A DNA stretch of 64,000 nucleotides from a virus. Position 1 is the stretch's first letter. Each line of letters starts with the position of its first letter. Both the position numbers and the translations under genes were made by a program. The DNA lies in the IMG/VR virus record IMGVR_UViG_3300036790_000425, positions 32,001 to 96,000 of that record. One strand, written 5' to 3'. The notes beneath the pieces are model-generated. The model ran no database searches, was not told where the DNA came from, and saw only the letters and a list, made by a program, of their open reading frames with translations. Positions 1-9,087 of the stretch are shown here, piece by piece.

Positions 1-473
1 GCTACGGCCGTGAGGACCACGCCCTGGACGCGCCGCCCGAGGAGACGACCGGCAGCCAGGACCTGGGCGCTGCCTGGGACGGCGGGGCCATCATGGCCCG
101 GGCGGTCCACGGGCATGACCCCGATCCCGGCGAGCACGTGCACGTCCAGCGGACCCGCTACGTGCACAGCCACGATGGCGGCACCGCCGAGCACTCGCAC
201 TCGCATCCGCACGGCAGCTCTGAGGAGCCCCGGGAAGGACCATCCGGAGTGGTGAGGGTGCCGCCCCGGGCGCTGGCTCGCCGGGCGGCTGACCGCTGGG
301 TCGGCGGCCTGGAGACCGCCCAGGCGCTCAGGCCCTCGCTGCTGGATGACGGCGTCCCGGAGTTCCTGGACGGCTACGACGACTTCCACGTCCACCAGGG
401 GCCCGACGGAAGGCGCTGGCTGCACGCCCATGACGGCGGTCCCGCCGAGCACGAGCACAGGAGCGAGTCATGA
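1..473 (+). CDS. His-rich hypothetical protein, 5' truncated by the window
   Basis: Frame is open from position 3; two copies of HxHDGG(T/P)AEHxH; ATGA overlap with next gene. Confidence 0.6.
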   Translation, partial: YGREDHALDAPPEETTGSQDLGAAWDGGAIMARAVHGHDPDPGEHVHVQRTRYVHSHDGGTAEHSHSHPHGSSEEPREGPSGVVRVPPRALARRAADRWVGGLETAQALRPSLLDDGVPEFLDGYDDFHVHQGPDGRRWLHAHDGGPAEHEHRSES

Positions 474-865
474 TCCGGCAGGAGCGGTTCCTGATCAGCC
501 AGCGGCTCTACGCGGTCCGCCTGAACCCGATGAACATGCTCAGCGAGGGCCTGCCGGGCGGGCACTTCCGGATCGTCGTGCCGGCTGTGTGGTTCCGGCG
601 CCGGCACGGCATGACAATCGCGGTCGCCGGGGACCTGTGGGACCTCCAGGATGACCGGCCGGGCACGGTGGAGGAGGCCCTGGCCCGCCACGATGACGGC
701 CGCTACGGCGGCGACTGGCGTGCTCGCCTGGACGACCGCGGCAGATTCTTCACGGCCGGCCCCGCGACTGCCTGGCAGCAGCAGAAGTACCTGACACTGC
801 TGCGGCAGATGCTGGATCACTACCCCGCGGCCCCGGATGGCTGGGACGGCTGGTGGCGGTTCTGA
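470..865 (+). CDS. hypothetical phage protein
   Basis: RBS AGGAG, overlapping start/stop, GC3-biased codons. Confidence 0.7.
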   Translation: MIRQERFLISQRLYAVRLNPMNMLSEGLPGGHFRIVVPAVWFRRRHGMTIAVAGDLWDLQDDRPGTVEEALARHDDGRYGGDWRARLDDRGRFFTAGPATAWQQQKYLTLLRQMLDHYPAAPDGWDGWWRF

Positions 866-1158
866 TGGCAGTCCGGCGCGTCTCGACATCACCCCGGCTG
901 GGCACGCCGCTCGGGCTGCGGCTGCGCGGCAGCTCGCTGGCCGTGGTGGTCGTGGTGACCGAGCCGGGGCGGACCAGGATGGCAGTCGAGGTCCACGGCC
1001 CTGAGAGCGTCCTGAGCGCCGTTACCGGGAAGATGCACGGCGATATCTGGACCCTCACCTGGCCGCACTCCGGGGGCGCCGGGGACGGCTGCACGGCCGT
1101 GTTCTGGGTGCCCGAGGGAACTGAGCTGGACGTCTCCGGCGCCCGGATCCTGCGCTGA
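865..1158 (+). CDS. hypothetical phage protein
   Basis: TGATG coupling to upstream gene. Confidence 0.6.
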   Translation: MAVRRVSTSPRLGTPLGLRLRGSSLAVVVVVTEPGRTRMAVEVHGPESVLSAVTGKMHGDIWTLTWPHSGGAGDGCTAVFWVPEGTELDVSGARILR

Positions 1159-1159
1159 G

Positions 1160-1188
1160 TTGCACATTAGCAAGAAACCCTGTAATGT
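1160..1188 (+). promoter_or_regulatory. sigma70-type promoter with TAGCAAG-N5-CTGTA box in the spacer
   Basis: TTGCAC-17 nt-TAATGT; spacer ATTAGCAAGAAACCCTG. Confidence 0.75.
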
Positions 1189-1226
1189 GGTTCTTGCAAG
1201 GGAACGACGACGACAGGAGACGCGAG

Positions 1227-1556
1227 ATGGCCGCTCAGCTGCTGGACACCAGCAACGACGTATGGCGCGACTGCGATGCGCAGGAGCTGCTGGCCATGAT
1301 CGGCCACCGCAACGTGCTGGCCATCTCGGGCGGCCGGGTCCTCCGGCATCCCCGCGGCGGCGTGACGCTGCCGGTCGGCCACGGCTACTCGGTCACCATC
1401 GACCTGGCCGCCAACGACACCTGGACCGTCCGCCGGATCTTCAAGCGCGGGAGCAAGATCTTCCTGCACGGCGAGGAGGCCGAGGTCTACAGCGAGGAGC
1501 TGGGCCAGGCCGCCTACCGCGCCTCGTGCTACGTGAACGTGGCCTTCGGGGAGTGA
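1227..1556 (+). CDS. hypothetical early protein
   Basis: RBS AGGAG upstream of ATG 1227. Confidence 0.75.
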   Translation: MAAQLLDTSNDVWRDCDAQELLAMIGHRNVLAISGGRVLRHPRGGVTLPVGHGYSVTIDLAANDTWTVRRIFKRGSKIFLHGEEAEVYSEELGQAAYRASCYVNVAFGE

Positions 1557-1558
1557 CG

Positions 1559-1834
1559 ATGAGCGACGAGCTGGCCCGGGTCCGGGACAAGCGGAACACC
1601 TACCACGGCGTGTACGCCGCGCGGGTGCTCCGCCGCCGGGCTCAGCCCCTGCACGTCGTGCGGGCGCTGCGGTTCACCGACCACGGCCTCCGGCAGGTCT
1701 ACTTCGACCGCCAGGCCCTGTGCGGCGTAGTGGCCGCCGGGCACATCGAGTCAGGCGACCCGCGCAAGCCCGGGAACGCCACGTGCGACACCTGCCGCCG
1801 CGAGTACGCGAAGACCAGGAAGGACCCGAGATGA
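1559..1834 (+). CDS. hypothetical protein with Cys motifs (LCG...CxxC)
   Basis: RBS GGGGAG; coupled to neighbours. Confidence 0.65.
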   Translation: MSDELARVRDKRNTYHGVYAARVLRRRAQPLHVVRALRFTDHGLRQVYFDRQALCGVVAAGHIESGDPRKPGNATCDTCRREYAKTRKDPR

Positions 1835-2001
1835 TCGCCAGCAAGGCCGCCAGACGCCGGGCCCGGACCCTCGTGACCCCGGGCAGCGGGCCGGTGTGGA
1901 CGGCCTACCGTAACGGGCAGCGCGCCGGCACGCACGGCCGGAACCGGGCTTCTGACCGGGCCAACAACCGCCGCAAGGCGATCCAGGAGGCCTCGCAGTA
2001 G
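1831..2001 (+). CDS. small basic hypothetical protein
   Basis: ATGA overlap, RBS AAGGA. Confidence 0.55.
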   Translation: MIASKAARRRARTLVTPGSGPVWTAYRNGQRAGTHGRNRASDRANNRRKAIQEASQ

Positions 2002-2032
2002 CGGGGCCCGACCATCCACCGAGGGAGACGGC

Positions 2033-2236
2033 ATGACCATATTCCACCTGTTCCTGGCCGGGCTGTTCCACGCCGAGCAGCACCTGCACTACATGCAGCA
2101 CTCCGGCTTCCGGCTGCACGGCTGTCACTACCAGTCGTTCAGGCACGCCACCGGGCACGGCGCCTGGCGCACCATCGGCCGCCTGGTCTGCCCGTTCCAG
2201 CAGAACGTGCACATCGTCCAGCCCGCAGGCAGGTAG
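2033..2236 (+). CDS. small His-rich hypothetical protein
   Basis: RBS GAGGGAG; hydrophobic N-terminus. Confidence 0.55.
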   Translation: MTIFHLFLAGLFHAEQHLHYMQHSGFRLHGCHYQSFRHATGHGAWRTIGRLVCPFQQNVHIVQPAGR

Positions 2237-2275
2237 GACCGCACCCGGGGCCCGGGGATCTCCTCGGGCCCTGAG

Positions 2276-2304
2276 TTGCGCATTACAGGGTTTCTTGCTA
2301 ATGT
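2276..2304 (+). promoter_or_regulatory. sigma70-type promoter with the box inverted; hairpin 2248-2271 upstream
   Basis: TTGCGC-17 nt-TAATGT; 2281-2303 is the exact reverse complement of 1165-1187. Confidence 0.75.
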
Positions 2305-2341
2305 TGGTCTTGCAGGGAAGACGACAGCTGAGGAGCCCCGG

Positions 2342-3178
2342 ATGAGCCAGCCAGACCCCCGCCAGCACGACGAGGCCACGCGCGACCTGTACGAGGCGCA
2401 GGCGAAGGCCGGCCGTCAGGTCAAGATCGAGCTGGAGCGGGTGCACCAGCACGCGGGCGACCGGCGCGACCGCTACGCCGGCGGCTGGGTCATGAAGAAC
2501 TCCGAGGCGCTGGGCGCGACCACCCCGGACGCCCTGTCCCGCTTCCAGGCCGCCGCCCGCGAGGCCGCCCGCCTGGCGGATGAGATCAACGACATGGACG
2601 CGATCTACGCCACCTACCGGTGGAGCCGATACTTCCTGGTCACCAACACGGGCGGCCACGTGCACCGCGACAGGACCTGCCCCACCTGCTTCCCGGCTAC
2701 CCAGTACCACTGGCTGCCCGAGCTGTCCGGCTGCGACGAGGCCGCCATGATCACCGAGTTCGGTGAGAAGGCCTGCACCGTCTGCTTCCCGGACGCGCCC
2801 GTCAACCCGGCCTACCACGCGCCGGGCCGCCGCGACCGCGCCGCCATCGAGGCCCGGGACGCTGAGAAGGCCGGGCGCGAGGCCAAGAAGGCCGCGAAGA
2901 ACCTGACCGAGGGCCAGCAGTTCCGGGTGGACGGCAGCCGGGTCGAGACCGTGCACGGGTGCATCGAGGTGCTGCGCAGCGAAGTCGAGTTCCGCGACTA
3001 CTACGGCAACGGCGAGCACCCGTTCCACGCCGACTACGCCCGGGGCGCGGCCGAGGCCGCCCGGGTGCTGCTGGCCCGCGAGGCCGCCGCCCCCGGCACC
3101 GGCAAGACCCAGGCCGAGATCAGCACGATCATCGAGCGCGCGATCATCCGGAACCGGAAGGACGGCGCGCGGATCTGA
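2342..3178 (+). CDS. actinophage early-type protein with HxH...CxxC...CxxC metal motif
   Basis: RBS GAGGAG; WSRYFLV..GGHVH..CPTC..ACTVCFPDAPV. Confidence 0.75.
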   Translation: MSQPDPRQHDEATRDLYEAQAKAGRQVKIELERVHQHAGDRRDRYAGGWVMKNSEALGATTPDALSRFQAAAREAARLADEINDMDAIYATYRWSRYFLVTNTGGHVHRDRTCPTCFPATQYHWLPELSGCDEAAMITEFGEKACTVCFPDAPVNPAYHAPGRRDRAAIEARDAEKAGREAKKAAKNLTEGQQFRVDGSRVETVHGCIEVLRSEVEFRDYYGNGEHPFHADYARGAAEAARVLLAREAAAPGTGKTQAEISTIIERAIIRNRKDGARI

Positions 3179-3216
3179 TGGACGCCAGCACGACCGCAGA
3201 CCGCGAGAGGAGCGGC

Positions 3217-3702
3217 ATGACCGAGGTAACCGCGACCGGCGAGACGATCACCCTGACGCTGAGCGACGGGGAGACGCGCCAGGCCGGGCTGCTGCCGGAC
3301 GGCAGCTGGTGCTGCCCGTGGGACGGCACCCCGTGCGTCCCCGGCCAGGAGCACTACGACCGCCGCGGCTGGGATGCCCCGTGCCCGAGCCCGGCGTGCG
3401 TGGCCGGCGGCTGGTCCAGCCTGGAGCAGGTCACCCAGGTCAAGCTGGAGCAGCGGCGCCGCCAGGAGGCTGCCTCACAGCGCTCCTGGCTGGCTAAGGC
3501 CCAGGAGGAGCAGCGCGAGGCACGGGAGAAGTCCCGCCGCGCCGCGGTCTCCGCCTTCGTGGCCGAGGCCGGGGAGTCCGGCGCGTGCGTGCCCTGCTGG
3601 AGCAAGTCCACCAGCCACGGCATGTTCCTGGACCGGCCGCGGGTCATCCGGCACCGCCGGGCCGACACCTGCCCGCTGCGGCGCCGGGAGGGGGCGTCAT
3701 GA
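3217..3702 (+). CDS. Cys-containing hypothetical protein
   Basis: RBS GAGAGGAG; codon bias. Confidence 0.6.
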   Translation: MTEVTATGETITLTLSDGETRQAGLLPDGSWCCPWDGTPCVPGQEHYDRRGWDAPCPSPACVAGGWSSLEQVTQVKLEQRRRQEAASQRSWLAKAQEEQREAREKSRRAAVSAFVAEAGESGACVPCWSKSTSHGMFLDRPRVIRHRRADTCPLRRREGAS

Positions 3703-3980
3703 CCGGGCGCGAGCCGGAGGTCATGCAGAGCGACGGCCGGGCCAGCCGGCGGGTGCTGCGCCGGCTGTCAGGTCACCTGGACCGCATCGACCGGCTCGGG
3801 CACGTCACCCGCCAGGCCCAGAGGTCCTTCGCCGTCCAGGCGTGCATCGCGATCATGAAGCGCGAGTGCGCGGCCGGGGTCGGCCACAAGGCCGGGTCCG
3901 AGCCGGACTCCTGCGGTGCCTGCACCCAGACCCGGGCCATCCTCCGGGTGATCCGCCAGCTGGCAGGGATGAAGCCGTGA
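3699..3980 (+). CDS. hypothetical protein
   Basis: ATGA overlap, RBS GGAGG. Confidence 0.6.
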   Translation: MTGREPEVMQSDGRASRRVLRRLSGHLDRIDRLGHVTRQAQRSFAVQACIAIMKRECAAGVGHKAGSEPDSCGACTQTRAILRVIRQLAGMKP

Positions 3981-4258
3981 GGACCTACGTCACGGCCCTG
4001 GCCAGCGCGGCCGGGCACGACCCGGAGTGCTTCTACGTCACCATCCGGCGGACCCGGCAGACCGCCTGGCTGCTGGGGCCCTACGGCACCCGGGCGGAGG
4101 CAGCCGGGCGCGTCCCCGCCGGCCGCCGGCTGGCTCACCGGGCTGATCCCCGCACCGCGTTCGACCACTTCGGCGTCACCCGCGTGGGCGTGCCGCCGGG
4201 CCAGCCCGCGCCGCCGGGCAAGCTGAACCACCTGCTGGAGGCAGAGAGCGATGACTGA
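3977..4258 (+). CDS. hypothetical protein
   Basis: GTGA overlap; FYVT..WLLGPY motif. Confidence 0.6.
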   Translation: MRTYVTALASAAGHDPECFYVTIRRTRQTAWLLGPYGTRAEAAGRVPAGRRLAHRADPRTAFDHFGVTRVGVPPGQPAPPGKLNHLLEAESDD

Positions 4259-4997
4259 CTACATCCTGGAGCTGAGCAGCTTCGGCGGCATCGTGGCCGG
4301 GGCCGTGCACTGGCGCGGCCGGGTCCGGGGGCCGCACCCGAAGTCCTGCCACGGCGGCACGGTCTTCAATGCTCCGGAGTCACGCGGCAAGACCACGTGC
4401 ACTGAAGGCCACGAGCTGCCCGTGCGGATCGAGTGGGAGGTGGAGCAGGCCTGGACGGCCGAGCAGTACGAGCGCTACGCCGCCCGGCACTTCGACGGGG
4501 ACTCCCCTTCCCAGTTCCGGACCGCGATGGCCGTGGTCGAGACCGCGATCGCCCGGTTCCGGGGCGATCTGCCCGTCCGCGAGTACGACGAGAAGACCTA
4601 CCCGGGTGAGCCGGCTGACCGGCTGTTCCTGGACTTCATCCCGTTCGACGACAGCGACATCGACGAGGAGTGGGGCCGCCAGCAGGGCACCCCGCCCTAT
4701 GGCAGCATCCTGACTGAGATCCCGGTCTCCCGGCTGCTGACCGTGACCGAGCGGACCATCCTGCGGCACTGGCTCCAGGTTCTGTCCGAGCAGGCGAAGA
4801 CCGTCCGGGTCGCCCTGGGCAAGCCGGACCTGAAGATCACGACCGACATCTGGCAGGGCCAGTGGACGGCCCTGAAAGGGAACCTGGACGCCATCACAGA
4901 TGACCTGTGCGGCCGTGCCGAGCCCGAGGGACCCTCAGGAGCACCCGCCGTGAGTAACGAGCCGGCGGCCGGCCCCGGGTCCGCAGAGACCGCCTGA
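4251..4997 (+). CDS. hypothetical protein
   Basis: RBS GGAGG; 248-aa ORF with codon bias. Confidence 0.7.
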   Translation: MTDYILELSSFGGIVAGAVHWRGRVRGPHPKSCHGGTVFNAPESRGKTTCTEGHELPVRIEWEVEQAWTAEQYERYAARHFDGDSPSQFRTAMAVVETAIARFRGDLPVREYDEKTYPGEPADRLFLDFIPFDDSDIDEEWGRQQGTPPYGSILTEIPVSRLLTVTERTILRHWLQVLSEQAKTVRVALGKPDLKITTDIWQGQWTALKGNLDAITDDLCGRAEPEGPSGAPAVSNEPAAGPGSAETA

Positions 4998-5005
4998 GAG
5001 CCGGG

Positions 5006-5028
5006 ATTAGCAAGCAAGACTGTATCGT
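5006..5028 (+). promoter_or_regulatory. degenerate TAGCAAG-N5-CTGTA box, possible promoter
   Basis: ATTAGCAAGCAAGACTGTATCGT, intergenic; no clear -35. Confidence 0.55.
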
Positions 5029-5056
5029 TAGAGCAGCAGGAGAGAGGAGCAGCCTG

Positions 5057-5329
5057 ATGTCCCGCCAGGATCACTCGCACGAGGCCGGCCAGGTGCGCGG
5101 CGCCGTCAGCCGGGACGAGGTACGTGACCTGGCCCGGCGGCTGGGTCAGGTCGAGCGGCAGCTGGAGATCGAGAGCGAGATCGTCCGCACGATCATCGGC
5201 GCCAGCCCGCAGACCGCCGTGGCAATCCTCCAGACCCTGGCCTGGCGGGCCCGGGACCTGGACCAGGCCGGCCAGCACAACATGGCCGCGGCGATGCTCC
5301 GGGTGATCGAGGAGGCACGGCCATGCTGA
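5057..5329 (+). CDS. hypothetical protein
   Basis: RBS GAGAGGAG. Confidence 0.65.
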   Translation: MSRQDHSHEAGQVRGAVSRDEVRDLARRLGQVERQLEIESEIVRTIIGASPQTAVAILQTLAWRARDLDQAGQHNMAAAMLRVIEEARPC

Positions 5330-5403
5330 TCCTGCTGGCCATCGACGAGTGCCTGGCCCGGCACATCAACCAGACCCTGAACTGACCCCGAAAGGACCCC
5401 CTC

Positions 5404-5541
5404 ATGATTCGCACCGCATTCGGATGGCTTGTCGCCATCGTTGTCGTCGTCTACTTCGTCAAGCACGGAGGACAAGTTGGCGGCTGGGTTCACGAGGGCT
5501 TCCAGTCGCTCTCGAACTTCGTGAGCCAGGTAAGCAGCTGA
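5404..5541 (+). CDS. 45-aa membrane peptide (absent from ORF track)
   Basis: RBS GAAAGGA; MIRTAFGWLVAIVVVVYFVKHGG... Confidence 0.6.
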   Translation: MIRTAFGWLVAIVVVVYFVKHGGQVGGWVHEGFQSLSNFVSQVSS

Positions 5542-5542
5542 G

Positions 5543-6157
5543 ATGACCAGACGGCAGCGCCGCCAGGGCGTCCTGATGTCGCCCCTGGCACTGCCCGTGA
5601 CAGGCCTCGGGGGCTGGATCTACCTTGGGGAGCCCCTGCACTGGGCCGGCATGACGGCGGTGCTCTGCCTGTGCGGGGCCATCGCCGTGGTGCTGCCCGC
5701 GCTGGTCATCTCAGCGCGCGGCGTGCCGCTGATCCTGATCCCGGTGGGGGTGCGCAAGTGGTACCGGCAGCGGGCAAAGGACGCCCGGGGCGATGACTAC
5801 CGGCCGCATATCCCGATGTACCTCCAGCGCGCCATAAAGGCGGCCGACCGGAACCGGTGCGCCTACTGCAAGACGCCCTACGCCGGGCCGCGGAGCCTCC
5901 AGCTCGATCACTTCCGGCCGTTCTCCCAGGGCGGCCTGACCGTGTTCTGGAACATGCTCACCCTGTGCGCCCGGTGCAACCGGATCAAGTGCGACTACTG
6001 GGTCAGCCGGAAGCAGCGCCGCTACGGCTACTACACCTACAACCCGTTCGCCGGGGCCGGCAACGCCGCGCTGGCCGCGCAGATCCTGGCCTTCGAGCGC
6101 TGGCACCGGTTCAGTCCCGGCCGGTGGATCCGGGCCGGGCTGTCTCTCGCGGCCTGA
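5543..6157 (+). CDS. HNH endonuclease with N-terminal transmembrane segments
   Basis: CAYC..LDHFRPFSQGG..NMLTLCARCNRIK; hydrophobic N-terminal region. Confidence 0.8.
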   Translation: MTRRQRRQGVLMSPLALPVTGLGGWIYLGEPLHWAGMTAVLCLCGAIAVVLPALVISARGVPLILIPVGVRKWYRQRAKDARGDDYRPHIPMYLQRAIKAADRNRCAYCKTPYAGPRSLQLDHFRPFSQGGLTVFWNMLTLCARCNRIKCDYWVSRKQRRYGYYTYNPFAGAGNAALAAQILAFERWHRFSPGRWIRAGLSLAA

Positions 6158-6166
6158 CGGAACGGG

Positions 6167-6195
6167 TTGCGCATTACAGGGTTTCTTGCTAATGT
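6167..6195 (+). promoter_or_regulatory. sigma70-type promoter with inverted box
   Basis: TTGCGC-17 nt-TAATGT, identical to 2276-2304. Confidence 0.75.
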
Positions 6196-6233
6196 CGTCT
6201 TAGCAAGGAAGACGACATCAAGAGGAGCCCAGG

Positions 6234-6437
6234 ATGACCACCGCTACCGCCCCCGCCATCAGCCCGGCCTACGCCGCCGCCGTGACCGAGACCGCCGGGA
6301 TGATCGGCAGCGAGGTCTCGCAGCTGGCCTACGAGGCCGTCATCGCCCGCCCGGCGCAGCCGGAGCGCGCCGCCGCCCTGTGCTCGATCGCCGCAGCCCT
6401 GCACGAGGCCCGCGTGGCCGCCGGGATCGCGTGGTGA
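6234..6437 (+). CDS. small Ala-rich hypothetical protein
   Basis: RBS GAGGAG. Confidence 0.7.
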   Translation: MTTATAPAISPAYAAAVTETAGMIGSEVSQLAYEAVIARPAQPERAAALCSIAAALHEARVAAGIAW

Positions 6438-6757
6438 CCGTGAGCAAGTACCCGCCGCTGCCGGAGGCAGGTCCCTACAAGACCTGGACTCCGTGCCCGG
6501 AAGACAAGATCGACATCCACGTCATCCTGACGCTCCAGAAGACCGTCTACGGTCCCTGCACCATCGGCAGCATCAATCTCGGTCCCGGGACGAGAGCAGA
6601 AATGAGCGAGCACCGGGCGAGCGTCTTCCGGCTGGACCGCCCCGCTAGCCGGGCAGAGATCCTCGACCGGATGCTGGAGGCTTTCCCGGAGCATCTCCGG
6701 GACGGGGTCATCCTGGCCTTCACTGCGGAGCCCGTGCTGATCGGAGACCGGTCGTGA
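6434..6757 (+). CDS. hypothetical protein
   Basis: GTGA overlap. Confidence 0.6.
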   Translation: MTVSKYPPLPEAGPYKTWTPCPEDKIDIHVILTLQKTVYGPCTIGSINLGPGTRAEMSEHRASVFRLDRPASRAEILDRMLEAFPEHLRDGVILAFTAEPVLIGDRS

Positions 6758-7044
6758 GCCAGTTCAGCGAGGGCGACCTGGTGGAGGCCGGCGGCGACCG
6801 CTGGACTGTCATCAGCTACCGGCCGGCGACCCCGTACAAAGACGCTTGCGTCACCGTCGGCCGCACCACGGCGGGGGACGCCTCGGTGTGCTCGGTCGTC
6901 CGTGACTTCCCGGAGGCCGAGGTCACCCTGGTCACCCGGATGCTGGACCGCACCATGATCATGCAGCGCCACTGGGGCGGCCTGGTCATCTGCCGCGATA
7001 AGGCCGGCGATGTCATCCTCACCTACATCGAGGGGGAGAAGTGA
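6754..7044 (+). CDS. hypothetical protein
   Basis: GTGA overlap, RBS GGAG. Confidence 0.65.
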   Translation: MSQFSEGDLVEAGGDRWTVISYRPATPYKDACVTVGRTTAGDASVCSVVRDFPEAEVTLVTRMLDRTMIMQRHWGGLVICRDKAGDVILTYIEGEK

Positions 7045-7715
7045 GCACTGCGATATCGGCTGCGCTAGACGCCTGGCGCGACTCGATGGACGAGCACGGC
7101 CACATCAAGGGCGAACCGCACTGCCTGGGCTGCGGCCGGAAGCTGAACGCCGACGGGTACCACCCGGCCGAGACCTACGGGGGCACCTACAACGGGCTGT
7201 GCTACGGCTGCACGAAGAAGGGCTCGTTCGTGCTGGCGGTCGCCGTCCTGGACGGCTGCCGCAAGATCAGCTACCCGCCGCACTGCCCGTCCTGGCGCCG
7301 CGACCGCGAGGTGTTCTACGGCTACCCGGGGTGCGAGACGTGCTCGGGTCAGGGCGTCAGCAGCATCGGCCGGGAAGGCTACCGGACCCAGTGCAAGGCC
7401 TGCCTGGACCAGTGCATGCAGCACCCGCTGCGCGCCCGGGACCAGGACTGGCGCTGGAGGCTGGAGTCATCCATCCGGCGATCCAGCCGGTATGCCCTGC
7501 TGCGCGCCCTGGGCGTGCCTAAGCGTGCCTCCGGCAAGGCCGAGAACGCTGCCCTGGAGCAGCTGTCCGAGGAGATCAAGGATCAGGTCCGCCGGGAGAT
7601 GGGACCGCGCGTGATGCGGCTCAGGGCCCTGGCCCGGGCCAGGGCCGAGCGGACCCAGGTGAACGTCTGGCTGCCGCCCGCGCTGTGGACCACCGCAGCG
7701 GACCGGGCAGCGTGA
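7041..7715 (+). CDS. multi-CxxC zinc-binding hypothetical protein
   Basis: four CxxC pairs; GTGA overlap. Confidence 0.7.
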   Translation: MSTAISAALDAWRDSMDEHGHIKGEPHCLGCGRKLNADGYHPAETYGGTYNGLCYGCTKKGSFVLAVAVLDGCRKISYPPHCPSWRRDREVFYGYPGCETCSGQGVSSIGREGYRTQCKACLDQCMQHPLRARDQDWRWRLESSIRRSSRYALLRALGVPKRASGKAENAALEQLSEEIKDQVRREMGPRVMRLRALARARAERTQVNVWLPPALWTTAADRAA

Positions 7716-7903
7716 GCTACGGCGAGCCCGAGCCGTGCCTGAAGCCGCGGTGCCCGAGGACGGCCGGCCGCAGCAAGTACGAGCGCATCCGGGCGGGGGC
7801 GGAGGGCTGGTTCTTCCCCCGGGACGGCGGCGCCTGGTGCCCGGATCACCTGCCGTCGTGGGTGCCCGCCTGGCGGGCCCGGAACAAGGAGGACCAGAAA
7901 TGA
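7712..7903 (+). CDS. small Cys/His zinc-finger protein
   Basis: C-x4-C...GW...WCPDH; coupled to methyltransferase. Confidence 0.6.
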   Translation: MSYGEPEPCLKPRCPRTAGRSKYERIRAGAEGWFFPRDGGAWCPDHLPSWVPAWRARNKEDQK

Positions 7904-8835
7904 GCACGCTGTCCTGCCTGGAGATCTGCGCCGGGGCCGGGGGCCAGCTCCTCGGGCTGGAGCAGGCCGGCTTCGGGCACGTGGCCGCCGCCGAGATCGA
8001 CCCCGACGCCTGCACCACGCTGCGCGTCAACCGGCCCGGCCTGAAGGTGATCGAGGGCGACATCCGGGAGCTGGACGGGCGGCAGTTCGCCGGCATCGAC
8101 CTGCTGGCCGGCGGGGTACCCTGCCCGCCGTTCTCGGTCGGCGGAAAGCAGCTGGGCGAGCAGGACGAGCGGAACCTGTTCCCCGAGGCCCTGCGGCTGA
8201 TCAGGGAGGCCCGGCCGCGTGCCGTCATGCTGGAGAACGTGCCCGGCCTGGCCCAGAAGCAGTTCGCCGGCTACTGCTGGGAAGTGATAACCGGCCTGAC
8301 CGCGATGGGCTACCGGCACACCACCTGGGAGATCATCCAGGCTAGTGACCACGGCGTGCCGCAGCTGCGGCCCCGCTACGTCCTGGTGGCCTGCCGGGAC
8401 CAGTTCGCCTGCCGTCCCCGGCCGCAGGAGGGCCCGCCCCTGACGGTGGGCGAGACCCTGCTGGACCTGATGGCGGCAGGCGGCTGGGAAGGCGCGCATG
8501 AGTGGGCCGGGGTTGCTCACGGGATAGCCCCTACGATCGTCGGCGGCAGCAAGAAGCACGGCGGGCCCGATCTCGGGCCGACGCGCGCTCGCGCCGCCTG
8601 GGCAAAGCTGGGAGTAGACGGCCGCAGCGTGGCTGATGCTCCCCCGCCGCCTGGATACGCAGGCCTGCCGCGACTGACTGTCCCGATGGTAGCGCGCATC
8701 CAGGGCGTCCCGGATGACTGGGTCATCACCGGCCGCAAGACCACTGCCTACCGGCAGGTAGGAAATATGTTCCCGCCGCCCGTCGCCCGGGCCGTGGGCC
8801 TGAGCATCCGGGCTGCCCTCACGAGCGGAGACTGA
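7900..8835 (+). CDS. C5-cytosine DNA methyltransferase, M.NaeI/M.NgoMIV-like
   Basis: EICAGAGG, GGVPCPPFS, ENV, PQLRPR, APTIVGGSKKHGGPDLGPTRA, YRQVGN; RBS AAGGAGG. Confidence 0.92.
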   Translation: MSTLSCLEICAGAGGQLLGLEQAGFGHVAAAEIDPDACTTLRVNRPGLKVIEGDIRELDGRQFAGIDLLAGGVPCPPFSVGGKQLGEQDERNLFPEALRLIREARPRAVMLENVPGLAQKQFAGYCWEVITGLTAMGYRHTTWEIIQASDHGVPQLRPRYVLVACRDQFACRPRPQEGPPLTVGETLLDLMAAGGWEGAHEWAGVAHGIAPTIVGGSKKHGGPDLGPTRARAAWAKLGVDGRSVADAPPPPGYAGLPRLTVPMVARIQGVPDDWVITGRKTTAYRQVGNMFPPPVARAVGLSIRAALTSGD

Positions 8836-8838
8836 CTC

Positions 8839-9087
8839 ATGGCACGACTGCCCAGCATGATGTACCTCATCCAGCAGATCGGCGGGCAGGTGATCCTGTT
8901 CGAGGAAAGCACCGAGCGCGAGATCGCCCGCTTCGACCCGCAGGATTCCGACGCTGCCGCTAAGGCCCAGCTGACTATCCACGTCAGTCCGGTCCTGAGC
9001 GACGAGGACAAGGCGTTCGCCCACTTCTGGTCCGGATACTTCTACGCCCTCTCAGGTGCCGGGGCTGCCCGGGAGGCAGACGAATGA
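8839..9087 (+). CDS. hypothetical protein
   Basis: RBS GGAG; C-terminal FAHFWSGYFY. Confidence 0.65.
   Translation: MARLPSMMYLIQQIGGQVILFEESTEREIARFDPQDSDAAAKAQLTIHVSPVLSDEDKAFAHFWSGYFYALSGAGAAREADE

Noticed and set aside
1160-6220. Repeated ~29-bp units as a CRISPR array or attachment sites
   Set aside because: Copies are kilobases apart, precede genes and fit promoter geometry; no cas operon or integrase in the window
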